From an uncultured Chloroflexota bacterium (GTDB lineage: Bacteria > Chloroflexota > Chloroflexia > Thermomicrobiales > UBA6265), in the NCBI GenBank assembly GCA_937870845.1, contig CALMZR010000386.1, positions 59 to 64,058 on the forward strand: a stretch of 64,000 nt of DNA, in the 5' to 3' direction. The notes under the pieces are model-generated. The model searched no databases. It saw only the letters and a program-made list of their open reading frames with translations, and was not told the DNA's origin. The position numbers and the translations under genes were made by a program. Shown here piece after piece: positions 54,618 to 62,776 of the stretch; position 1 is the first letter of the stretch, and every line of letters starts with the position of its first letter.

Positions 54618-55298
54618 ATGGGCGCTCAGAACGGTCGACCACCGGAAAGAAACGGTATCGCCAACCCGCCAGACCTGCGCGGGGAGCGGGCATTCTGGCG
54701 CGGCGGCCTCCCCCGCGTGGCCGGCGTGGACGAAGTCGGCCGCGGCGCCATGGCCGGCCCCCTCGTCGCCGCCGCTGTCGTCTTCCCCGCGTGCGAAGGC
54801 TGGGCCCTGCGCCGCCTGAGGTCGGCGTTGGCGGGGGTGCGCGACTCCAAGCTTCTCCTTCCTGAACGGCGCGTCGACCTGCTCGCCGCGATCGAGCAGT
54901 CTGCCATTGCGATCGGTGTCGGCGTCGTTCCTGTTGACGAGCTGGACGCCGTCGGGCTGGGGCCGGCCAACCGCATCGCCATGGAACGGGCGGTCCTCGG
55001 CATCGAGGACGACGTCGACGCCCTGATCATCGACGCCTGCGTGCTCGATCTCGGCTGCCCGCAGAGCGGCCCCATCGACGGCGACGCCCTCTCCTTGTCG
55101 GTCGCCGCCGCCTCGATCGTCGCCAAGGTGACGCGCGACCGCCTGATGTGCGAACTGGCGCTCTCGGAGCCCCGCTATGGATTCGAGCGGCACAAGGGCT
55201 ACTGCTCCGAGCTGCACACGGCGCGCCTGGCCGAGCATGGCCCGAGTCAACACCACCGCCGCTGCTTCGCCCCGGTGGCGCGGTGGGGACTCGGGTAA
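54618..55298 (+). CDS. rnhB: Ribonuclease HII
   Basis: In-frame part of ORF 54009..55298; ATG 54618. Reads VAGVDEVGRGAMAGPLVAAAVV, DSKLL, IDGDALSLSVAAASIVAKVTRD, GYCS..H. Confidence 0.9.
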   Translation: MGAQNGRPPERNGIANPPDLRGERAFWRGGLPRVAGVDEVGRGAMAGPLVAAAVVFPACEGWALRRLRSALAGVRDSKLLLPERRVDLLAAIEQSAIAIGVGVVPVDELDAVGLGPANRIAMERAVLGIEDDVDALIIDACVLDLGCPQSGPIDGDALSLSVAAASIVAKVTRDRLMCELALSEPRYGFERHKGYCSELHTARLAEHGPSQHHRRCFAPVARWGLG

Positions 55299-55675
55299 TG
55301 CCTCGCACCGCGCGGCAGGGTCTCGGCACGGCCGGCGAGCAGTTGGCCCGCCGCCACCTGGAGCAGCTCGGCTACGCATTCGAGGCCGCAAACTGGGGCT
55401 TTCCCGGCGGCGAGCTCGACCTGGTCATGCGCGACGGCGACATCCTCGTCTTCGTCGAGGTCAAAACCCGGCGCGGCGACCGCCTCGGCGCCGCCGAAGA
55501 GTCGATCACCCCCGCCCAGTCCCGCCGCCTCTTTTACGCCGCTCAGACGTTTCTTGCCGAACACCCGGACTTCGAAGACGCCTACTGGCGCATCGACCTC
55601 CTCGCCATCACCCTCTCCCCAGCCGGCGCCGTCTCCCGCCTCACCCACGTCCCCAACGCCGTCCAATCTCCCTGA
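55298..55675 (+). CDS. YraN-family (UPF0102) predicted endonuclease
   Basis: ORF 55148..55675; ATG 55298 overlaps the rnhB stop (TAATG). Reads GEQLARRHLEQLGY...GELDLVMRDGDILVFVEVKTRR. Confidence 0.8.
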   Translation: MPRTARQGLGTAGEQLARRHLEQLGYAFEAANWGFPGGELDLVMRDGDILVFVEVKTRRGDRLGAAEESITPAQSRRLFYAAQTFLAEHPDFEDAYWRIDLLAITLSPAGAVSRLTHVPNAVQSP

Positions 55676-55842
55676 GACCCCATCTCACGTCACCCCCGTG
55701 GTCCGCGTCGTGCAACCCATTCCCTCCGGCGGGAAGAATCCGGTATGCTGCCGACATGCCGGTCAGGCACGAACCACCGCCGCGATCGATCGCGTGCGGC
55801 CGTGCAGCGGTCGCGCGCCACAATGCCGGAGGAGAGAACGTC

Positions 55843-56523
55843 ATGCGTGTTCCAGGCAGATCCCTGTCCGTTGCGAGTCTGGCGGCCGCGCTGACGGTCG
55901 GGCTCGTCGGGGCCGGTCTCGCCCAAGACGCCACCCCGACCGCGATGAGCGGCGATCCCGTGGCCGGGGCGTTCGCCAACCACTTTCACCTCGGAACGTG
56001 CGACGACCTCGATCCGCAGCCGGCGGTCGCCCTGGCCGATCTGACCTTCCCGGACTGGGTGGCGTCGATGGCAGGGGAAGCCGATGGCGACGACATCGAG
56101 GTCGTCATCCCCGAGCCGGAGGACTTCGGCGCCGCCCCGATCCCGGTGGCTGTCGCCACGACCGAAGTCCCCGTCGCCCTCTCCGCCATTGTCGCCGGTG
56201 GGCACGCTCTGAACGTGCATCATCCCGACGATCCGAGCGTCTCCGTCGCCTGCGGCAACGTCGGCGGCGTTGCCGACGAGCGCGGCGACCTCTTCATTGG
56301 GCTCGATCCGGTGGACGATTCGGGATTCTCCGGCGTGGCCTGGCTGCATGACAACGGCGGCAGCACGACGGTCGTCGTCTTCCTGAGCCACCCGTCGGCC
56401 CAGACCGCCATCGACATGAGCCTGGCGGCGATGGCCGCCGCCGCGGAGGCGGAAGCCGCGACGCCGATGGCCGGCGCCGAGGCGACCCCTGAGGCCGTGG
56501 CGGACGCGACGCCGGTCACCTAA
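55843..56523 (+). CDS. Secreted hypothetical protein with Cu,Zn-superoxide-dismutase-like/CHRD-like His and Cys motifs
   Basis: In-frame part of ORF 55177..56523; ATG 55843 (GGAGGAGAG upstream). Signal MRVPGRSLSVASLAAALTVGLVGAGLA. Motifs HFHLGTC, HALNVHH, VACGNVGG. Ala/Glu/Thr/Pro-rich tail. Confidence 0.6.
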   Translation: MRVPGRSLSVASLAAALTVGLVGAGLAQDATPTAMSGDPVAGAFANHFHLGTCDDLDPQPAVALADLTFPDWVASMAGEADGDDIEVVIPEPEDFGAAPIPVAVATTEVPVALSAIVAGGHALNVHHPDDPSVSVACGNVGGVADERGDLFIGLDPVDDSGFSGVAWLHDNGGSTTVVVFLSHPSAQTAIDMSLAAMAAAAEAEAATPMAGAEATPEAVADATPVT

Positions 56524-56537
56524 AGCGGACCAGGGTT

Positions 56538-56636
56538 GTGTCATTCCGAGTGCAGCGAGGGATCACGGCGCCAGGGAACCACGCTGCGATGGGCGCCGAG
56601 ATGATTCTTGGGAGCCCTCTTTCGCCGGAATGACAC
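56538..56636. repeat. Inverted pair of REP-like elements
   Basis: GTGTCATTCCGAGTGCAGCGAGGGATCACGGCGCC (56538-56572), with its imperfect inverse ending CGCCGGAATGACAC (56592-56636). Confidence 0.7.
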
Positions 56637-56748
56637 GGTTTCAACATCGCGCCGGAGCAGCCTATCGCATCCGCGAGCCGAGATGCTGTGCGTCCCTCAG
56701 CGTGACCCGCATGTGGGTCGTCGCTCCTGGACGGTAGGAATCCCTGAC

Positions 56749-57288
56749 GTGTTCGAGCCGCCAACCGGATTCGGATCTCCCGCCGCCTCGGCGGAGGCGC
56801 ATCGCGCCTCGGCTCCCGCCAGCGTGCGCTGCGCGGTGCTGACCGTCAGCGACACCCGCACCCCCGAGACCGATTCCTCCGGCGCCATGATCCGGGAGAT
56901 GCTCGGATTCGCGGGGCACGGCATCGCCGACTACCGGATCGTCCCCGACGAGCCGGACCAGATTCGGCGAATCCTGATGGAGTGGATCGCCCGCGGCGAC
57001 ATTCAGGCGATCCTCTCCAACGGGGGCACCGGCATCGCCGCCCGCGACACGACCTACGACGCCATCGCCTCCCTGCTCGACAAGCGCATCGATGGGTTCG
57101 GCGAGCTCTTCCGCATGCTCTCCTGGCAGGAGGTCGGCGCGGCAGCGATGCTTTCGCGAGCCGTGGCCGGCGTTGCCGGAGGCACGCTGATCATCGCGAT
57201 GCCCGGCTCGACGAATGCCGTGCGGCTGGCGATGACCAGGCTGGTCGCTCCGGAGCTGGGGCATCTGGTCTACGAAATCGGGAAGTGA
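56749..57288 (+). CDS. moaB: Molybdenum cofactor biosynthesis protein B (MoaB/MogA family)
   Basis: ORF 56608..57288; start probably GTG 56749, downstream of the REP pair. Reads VLTVSDTR...DSSG...IVPDE...ILSNGGTGIAARDTT...PGSTNAV. Confidence 0.8.
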   Translation: MFEPPTGFGSPAASAEAHRASAPASVRCAVLTVSDTRTPETDSSGAMIREMLGFAGHGIADYRIVPDEPDQIRRILMEWIARGDIQAILSNGGTGIAARDTTYDAIASLLDKRIDGFGELFRMLSWQEVGAAAMLSRAVAGVAGGTLIIAMPGSTNAVRLAMTRLVAPELGHLVYEIGK

Positions 57289-57298
57289 CGGGCCATGA

Positions 57299-57409
57299 GC
57301 TATCGGCTATCGGCTATCAGCTATCAGTCCGTCGTTAGCTACCATGGAGCGTGCGACTGGCGCCCACTCAATCCGCCGAGACGTCGTCTGATAGCCGATA
57401 GCCGAAAGC
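57299..57409. repeat. Second GCTATCR foldback element (4 heptads, 62-nt core, 3 inverted heptads)
   Basis: 57299-57326 GCTATCG GCTATCG GCTATCA GCTATCA; 57389-57409 TGATAGC CGATAGC CGAAAGC. It lies between moaB and hisS. Confidence 0.8.
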
Positions 57410-57434
57410 CCAGAGCAGAGAGGAACCGACACGG

Positions 57435-58784
57435 GTGAGCAACGGAGGCGGGAGCAAGCGGCAGGCGCGGGTGCTCAAGGGGTTCCGCGACTTTCTGCCG
57501 GAACAGATGATCCTGCGCCAGCGCATCGTCGGCATCGCCCGCGACATCTTCGAGCGTCACGGCTTCGAGCCGCTCGACACGCCCGCCTTGGAGGCTCTCG
57601 AGGTCCTCACCGGCAAGGCCGGCGAAAATGAGCAGTTGATGTACCACTTCGAGGACGCCGGCGGGCGCGAGGTCGGCCTGCGCTACGACCTGACGGTGCC
57701 GCTGGCGCGCGTCGTCGCCATGCATCAGAACGAGCTGGTCTTGCCCTTCAAGCGGTATCACATCGCCCCCGTCTGGCGCGCCGACAATCCGCAACGAGGC
57801 CGCTTCCGCGAGTTCTGGCAATGCGACGCCGACATCGCCGGTTCCGCCTCGCCCCTCGCCGACGCCGAGGTCATCGCCATCATGGCCGAGGTGCTGGAGG
57901 CTTTGGGGCTGCCGGAGTTCACCATCCGCATCAGCCACCGCCGGCTGCTGGAGAGTCTGGGCCGCGCCGCGGGCGTGCCGGAAGCGCACGCTTCAGCCCT
58001 CTACCGCTCGATCGACAAGCTCGACAAAATCGGCCCCGAGGGCGTGGCGAGGGAGCTGCAGGCGACGGGCGTCACCGACGATCAGGCGCACGAGCTCCTC
58101 GCCCTCGTCACCATGCGGGGGGAACCGCTCGCACTGCTCGGCGGCTTGCGCGGCGAGCTGGAAGACATCGACGGCGCGGCGACGGCCATCGCCGAGCTGG
58201 AGCAGATTTTCGACGTGCTTCCGGACTTCGGCGTGGCTGCGGACCGCTATGCCCTCGATCTTTCCCTGGCGCGCGGACTCGCCTACTACACCGGGACGGT
58301 GTTCGAAGCCACCGTGACACGGCCCAACGTCGGGTCCGTCGGCGGCGCCGGGCGCTACGACGGGTTGGTCGGCGCCTTCGCCGGCCGCGACATTCCGGCC
58401 ACCGGCATGTCGCTCGGGCTGGAGCGCATCATCGAGGTGGTGCGCGAGCACGGCCTGATGCCGCTCCCGGCGAGCGTGGCGCAGATCGCCGTCGTCCTCT
58501 TTCCCGAGACGACCGGGGCGGCGGCGCGGCTGGCGTCTTCCCTGCGCGAGAGCGGATTGAGCGTCGATCTCTCGTTGCAGCCGCACCGCAGCGTCGGGGA
58601 GCAGCTCAAGCTGGCGGATCGCAAGGGCATCCCGCTGGCCGTGATCCTTGGTGCCAACGAGGTCGAGTCCGGGGCGGCGGCGGTCAAGGATCTGCGCGGC
58701 GGCGAGCAGATTTCCGTGCCGCTCGATGGGCTTGCCGAGACGCTACGGGAACGGCTCGCGGCCAGGGACGCGCTGCCGGTATGA
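57435..58784 (+). CDS. hisS: Histidine--tRNA ligase
   Basis: ORF 57435..58784, 449 aa (GTG start). Reads GFRDFLP, LRYDLTVPLAR, RYHIAPVWRADNPQRGRFREFWQCD, RGLAYYTG, GGGRYDGL. Confidence 0.95.
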   Translation: MSNGGGSKRQARVLKGFRDFLPEQMILRQRIVGIARDIFERHGFEPLDTPALEALEVLTGKAGENEQLMYHFEDAGGREVGLRYDLTVPLARVVAMHQNELVLPFKRYHIAPVWRADNPQRGRFREFWQCDADIAGSASPLADAEVIAIMAEVLEALGLPEFTIRISHRRLLESLGRAAGVPEAHASALYRSIDKLDKIGPEGVARELQATGVTDDQAHELLALVTMRGEPLALLGGLRGELEDIDGAATAIAELEQIFDVLPDFGVAADRYALDLSLARGLAYYTGTVFEATVTRPNVGSVGGAGRYDGLVGAFAGRDIPATGMSLGLERIIEVVREHGLMPLPASVAQIAVVLFPETTGAAARLASSLRESGLSVDLSLQPHRSVGEQLKLADRKGIPLAVILGANEVESGAAAVKDLRGGEQISVPLDGLAETLRERLAARDALPV

Positions 58785-58823
58785 AACGGGGATACGGGTT
58801 TCGGGGAGGATGACAGGAGCGCG

Positions 58824-59531
58824 ATGACTGACCAGGACTTTGGCGACGAGTTTCAGACGTATATGCTGGTGGTGGCCCACCCCGACGACAGCGAGTTTTC
58901 CTCCGCTGGCACCGTGGCTCGCCTCAAGGACGCCGGCAAGCGTGTCGTCCTCATCCAGGTCACCTCCGGCGACCGGGGAACCTCCGACGCCTCTGTCGAC
59001 CCCGCAGAGCTGGGCCGCACCCGCGAAGCCGAGCAGCGCGAAGCCGCCAAGCGTCTCGGCATGGACGAGGTGGTCTTCCTGCGCTGCGGCGACGGCTCCT
59101 TGATGCCCGATCTGGAGCTGCGCGAAAAGATCGTGCGCCAGATTCGCGTCCACAAGCCCGACGTCATCATCACCCACGATCCGTTCCGCCCCTATGCCCT
59201 CCACCCCGACCACCGCGCCGTCGGCCTGGCCGCGACCGACGCCGTCTACCCCACGGCGCGCGACCCCCTCTACTTTCCCGAGCATCTCGACGAAGGCCTC
59301 GAGCCGCACAAGACCGCCGAGATCTGGTTCTTCGGCCCCGAGCACCCCGACAAGGTCGTCGACATCACCGAGACGTTCGACCGCAAGATGCACGCCCTGC
59401 GCGCTCACGTCACGCAGGTCGGCGAAGCCGCCGAGCTCGAACCCCGCATGCGCGACCGGGCCAGGGAGCTGGCCGAGGGGCATCCGTTCGAACTGGCGGA
59501 GGCATTCAAGGTCGTGCAGATGCGGCGGTAA
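58824..59531 (+). CDS. PIG-L/LmbE-family N-acetylglucosaminyl deacetylase
   Basis: ORF 58824..59531, 235 aa: VVAHPDDSEF, HPDHRAVG. Confidence 0.8.
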   Translation: MTDQDFGDEFQTYMLVVAHPDDSEFSSAGTVARLKDAGKRVVLIQVTSGDRGTSDASVDPAELGRTREAEQREAAKRLGMDEVVFLRCGDGSLMPDLELREKIVRQIRVHKPDVIITHDPFRPYALHPDHRAVGLAATDAVYPTARDPLYFPEHLDEGLEPHKTAEIWFFGPEHPDKVVDITETFDRKMHALRAHVTQVGEAAELEPRMRDRARELAEGHPFELAEAFKVVQMRR

Positions 59532-59538
59532 GCCAAAA

Positions 59539-59566
59539 GTCGTGAGTCGTGAGTCGTGAGTCGTTA
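59539..59566. repeat. Heptad array GTCGTGA x3 + GTCGTTA
   Basis: Read directly. It lies between the PIG-L stop and the galK start. Confidence 0.75.
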
Positions 59567-59602
59567 GGACGGGCGGAGCCAGCGATTCGAGGCGGCTGTG
59601 CG

Positions 59603-60847
59603 ATGGACACATTTGCGGGGACAACGGCCGGCGCCAGCGTCGAGCGTGCGATCGCAGCCGGTCGCGACGCGTTCGCATCCACGTGGAGCCCGAACCGCGT
59701 CGCCGTCGCGCCGGGGCGCATCGAGCTGCTTGGCAACCACGTCGACTACAACGGCGGCCCCGTCCTGGCCGCCGCCATCGACCGCTTCATCGTCGTCGCC
59801 GCCTCGGACGAGTCTCGCGGAAGCCAAAGCCTGCGCGCGGTTGCCGCTGACATCCCCGATGGATCGGTCGTCGCGCTCGACGCCGACGCGCTCGGGGATT
59901 GGCGGAACCCATCCCCGCCGCCGAACTCCTTCGACTATGTTCGTGGCCTGATCGCGAGTCTCGTGCAGCGACCATCCCTCGACCCGCAACTACCGGCGTC
60001 GATCGCCATCGCCGGGGACGTTCCCATGGGGTTTGGAGTCAGCTCGTCGGCGGCGCTCTGTGTTGGGCTGGCGCTGGCGCTGGCGGAGGGATTCTCGGGA
60101 CAGGAAGACGTCGTGCTCGTGGCGCAGGAGGCGGAGCACCGCGCCGGCACGCCGTGCGGCACGATGGATCAGTCCGCGTCGGTGGCCGGCGGGGCGATCG
60201 CCTTTGACGGCGCGACGCTCGGGGTGGAGCGGCTCGACCCAGACCTCGGCGATCTGGTGTTCGCGCTCGCCGACTCGGGCGTGGAGCGGACTCTCGGCTC
60301 ATCGTCGTATCCGCGCCGGGTGGCCGAGTCGCGAGAGGCGCTGGCGCTTGTCCAAGGCGAGCTCGGTCCCGATGTCGCGAACCTCGCCGCGCTGGCGGCA
60401 ACGCAGGTCGACGACCTCGAAGCGCGCGGCATCCTGAGCGGCGTCCTCGCGCAACGGGCTCGGCACGTCGTCGACGAAACCGCGCGCGTCCATGCCGGCC
60501 AGGAGGCGATGATCGCGGGCGACTGGCCTCGCTTCGGCCGGCTCATGACCGAATCAGGGCGATCCTCGGCAACCCTTTACGACATCAGCCATCCCCGCGT
60601 GGAGGAGCTGGTCGCGGCGGCGTTGGGCGTCGAGGGCGTGCTCGGGGCGCGCATGATGGGCGGGGGCGAAGGCGGCGCCGCGCTGGTCCTTCTGCCCAGA
60701 GAGACCGTCCCCGATCTCGAGCGGACCCTTGTTTCACGCTATTACCGCCGGCACGGCATGGCGGACCGGGAGGGGCTGATCCACGTCTGCGCGTTTGCCC
60801 CCGGCGCCGCCGTCGTTCCCCTGCTCGGACGCTCAGCAATCGGGTAA
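59603..60847 (+). CDS. galK: Galactokinase (GHMP kinase)
   Basis: ORF 59549..60847; start ATG 59603. Reads APGRIELLGNHVDYNGGPVL, PMGFGVSSSAAL, MMGGGEGG. Confidence 0.85.
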   Translation: MDTFAGTTAGASVERAIAAGRDAFASTWSPNRVAVAPGRIELLGNHVDYNGGPVLAAAIDRFIVVAASDESRGSQSLRAVAADIPDGSVVALDADALGDWRNPSPPPNSFDYVRGLIASLVQRPSLDPQLPASIAIAGDVPMGFGVSSSAALCVGLALALAEGFSGQEDVVLVAQEAEHRAGTPCGTMDQSASVAGGAIAFDGATLGVERLDPDLGDLVFALADSGVERTLGSSSYPRRVAESREALALVQGELGPDVANLAALAATQVDDLEARGILSGVLAQRARHVVDETARVHAGQEAMIAGDWPRFGRLMTESGRSSATLYDISHPRVEELVAAALGVEGVLGARMMGGGEGGAALVLLPRETVPDLERTLVSRYYRRHGMADREGLIHVCAFAPGAAVVPLLGRSAIG

Positions 60848-61177
60848 CGGGCGCTGGGGAGTGGCGGAGATGGACCGCTTCAGCTTGCGTCGGATGTCGC
60901 GGCTGCCGCGCTGCCGGTTGCGATAGGCCGTCGTCAGGTGGCAGCCGGTGTTGGGGTCGAGCACGAGCACGGTGCCCTCCAGCCGGCGCAGACGGTCGTC
61001 GCGCCGATCTTCCAACGGGATATCGCGCAGGCCGAGGTGGACGAACGTCGCCTTGCCGTTGTGGTGAAGCCGGCCGTGGGCATAGACGTACTGCACGTCC
61101 TCGGCCGAGAGGTTGCGCTGGGCGAGGCGGCGGCTGGCGTGGGCGGAGAGGGTTGCCACGGATGAGATGCGCGCCAT
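60833..61177 (-). CDS. DUF4258-like small protein (toxin-like), no adjacent partner gene
   Basis: ORF 60833..61297; start ATG 61177 (GGGAGG 5 nt upstream). Reads SAHASRRLAQRNLSAEDVQYVYAHG. It overlaps the galK 3' end by 15 nt (convergent). The family call is from memory and tentative. Confidence 0.5.
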   Translation of the reverse strand: MARISSVATLSAHASRRLAQRNLSAEDVQYVYAHGRLHHNGKATFVHLGLRDIPLEDRRDDRLRRLEGTVLVLDPNTGCHLTTAYRNRQRGSRDIRRKLKRSISATPQRPLPDC

Positions 61178-61456
61178 ATCGCCTCCCTGCGCCTGGCGTG
61201 GAGCGAAGCCCGGAGAACCGCTCAGGCGCGAGCAGCAGGCGGCCCGGAGGGGGCGATGCGGTAGGGTGATAGTGCCGGACGATCGCCGCCCCGTCAAGAC
61301 CCGGAACTGACACTGACATGCAGACTGAAATCGACGCGGTCTGCAAACGCGGCTGCAAACCGCGCCAAACGTCGTGCCGGGCTTCAGGCCAGATAGGGCC
61401 GGATATCAGCCGGAGCGCATCGGCGAGGCGACCGACAATGGCTCCGCGCCGCGTCA

Positions 61457-61492
61457 AACTTCCTGAACTTCCTGATCTTCCTGAACTTCCGG
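61457..61492. repeat. 9-nt tandem array AACTTCCTG AACTTCCTG ATCTTCCTG AACTTCCGG
   Basis: Read directly, inside a 420-nt region without a convincing gene. Confidence 0.75.
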
Positions 61493-61597
61493 GGAGGCGG
61501 TTGCGGGCTGCCATGACCCGATGCGGGCGGGCGCGTTCCCGGCTGCGGACGTCTTCCAGCCGAATCAATGGGGATTGCGCCGCCCCGGACAGGCGCA

Positions 61598-62623
61598 TCA
61601 GTACCCGGCCGCGAGATCGACGAGGGTTGGTGGACGCTCGCCCTGCTGGATGCGCCGGATCGTCTCCGCAACCAGCGCCTCCTGGCGATCCCAATAGCGG
61701 GGCGTGGCGCCCGAGGTGTGGGCGGTGATCAGCACGTTTTCCATCTCCCACAGGAGCGAGTCTTCGGGCAGCGGCTCCGGATCGGTCACATCCAGCCCCG
61801 CCCCGCCGACATGCCCCGACTCCAGCGCGGCGACGAGGGCAGCCGTGTCGATCACCGGCCCGCGGCCCACGTTGTAGATCATCGCGCCCGGCTTCATGGC
61901 GGCGAACGCCTCCGGATCGAACAGACCGCGAGTCTGGGGGGTGTGCGGCAACGTCACCACGACGTGGTCCGCGCCGGCAAGCGCCTCGGCGAGCTCCGTA
62001 GTCGAGAAGACTCTGGCGAACCCTTCGGGCGGCGGCGCATCGCCCCGTCGCCGCACCCCATGGACGCGCATCCCGAACGCGGCGGCACGCCTCGCGACCT
62101 CTTGCCCGATGTCGCCAACGCCCACGACCAGCACCGTCTGCCCCAGCAATTCCCCAACTTCGCGATGCGTGTCCGTATCGCGCCAGCGCCGCGCCGCCTG
62201 AGCGCGCATCAGCGTCGGAAAGCGACGGGTGAGCGCGATCATCATCCCCAGCGCGTGCTCGGCCATATTCGGGGCCGACACGCCGCTGGCGTTGGTCATC
62301 ACGATCCCGCGCGCGGCGATCGCGCCCAGGTCGTACCGCTCGACTCCAGCCCCGCCGACGTGCAGCCAACGCAGCTTCGGCGCCGCCTCGAGCATCTCCG
62401 GCTCCAGCCGCCAGCCGATCACCCCATCGGCGGCAGCCAGGTCGTCCGCGGCAGGCGCTTCTTCCAGGATCATCCCCCGTTCGTCCGGGCCCCTGCGCTC
62501 CCCCGGAACAATGAAGCGGATACCGGGGAACTCGGCGCGGAAGCGCGACAACACATCCCGCGGCACGTCCATGGTGAACACCACGCATCGCAACGGCGGC
62601 GCAGACGGATTCGGATCGCCCAT
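61598..62623 (-). CDS. D-isomer-specific 2-hydroxyacid dehydrogenase family protein
   Basis: ORF 61598..62707; start probably ATG 62623. NAD site VLVVGVGDIGQEVARR, then NVGRG, TAHTSG. Confidence 0.85.
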   Translation of the reverse strand: MGDPNPSAPPLRCVVFTMDVPRDVLSRFRAEFPGIRFIVPGERRGPDERGMILEEAPAADDLAAADGVIGWRLEPEMLEAAPKLRWLHVGGAGVERYDLGAIAARGIVMTNASGVSAPNMAEHALGMMIALTRRFPTLMRAQAARRWRDTDTHREVGELLGQTVLVVGVGDIGQEVARRAAAFGMRVHGVRRRGDAPPPEGFARVFSTTELAEALAGADHVVVTLPHTPQTRGLFDPEAFAAMKPGAMIYNVGRGPVIDTAALVAALESGHVGGAGLDVTDPEPLPEDSLLWEMENVLITAHTSGATPRYWDRQEALVAETIRRIQQGERPPTLVDLAAGY

Positions 62624-62776
62624 GTGACGCACGGTCCTTTCTGTGACTCGGAGAAACATCTCGCTGGTTTGGCGCGTTACGACGATTGGGACCCGAGATC
62701 GGCCCACGGGACGGGGGCGCGATGCCCATGGTGGTCTATACTGACATCCGGAACCCCGCTACGTCGTGGAGACGTG

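Noticed and set aside
56524-56748. Possible Moco riboswitch upstream of moaB
   Set aside because: The region is largely explained by the inverted REP-like pair. I could not recognise the conserved Moco-motif blocks by eye. A cmscan would be needed to revisit this.
57289-57434. Possible T-box leader upstream of hisS
   Set aside because: At 146 nt the spacer is too short, and it is almost entirely occupied by the GCTATCR foldback. No T-box sequence (AGGGUGGNACCGCG-like) is present.
61318-61728. 136-aa plus-strand ORF in which the 9-mer array would encode KLPELPDLPELP
   Set aside because: It has no RBS, runs antisense into the dehydrogenase gene, and has Arg-rich low-complexity composition. 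The array is more simply non-coding.
60585-62729. 714-aa minus-strand ORF spanning galK end, DUF4258 gene, spacer and the dehydrogenase gene
   Set aside because: It is extremely Arg/Pro/Gly-rich and crosses three better-supported genes in other frames.
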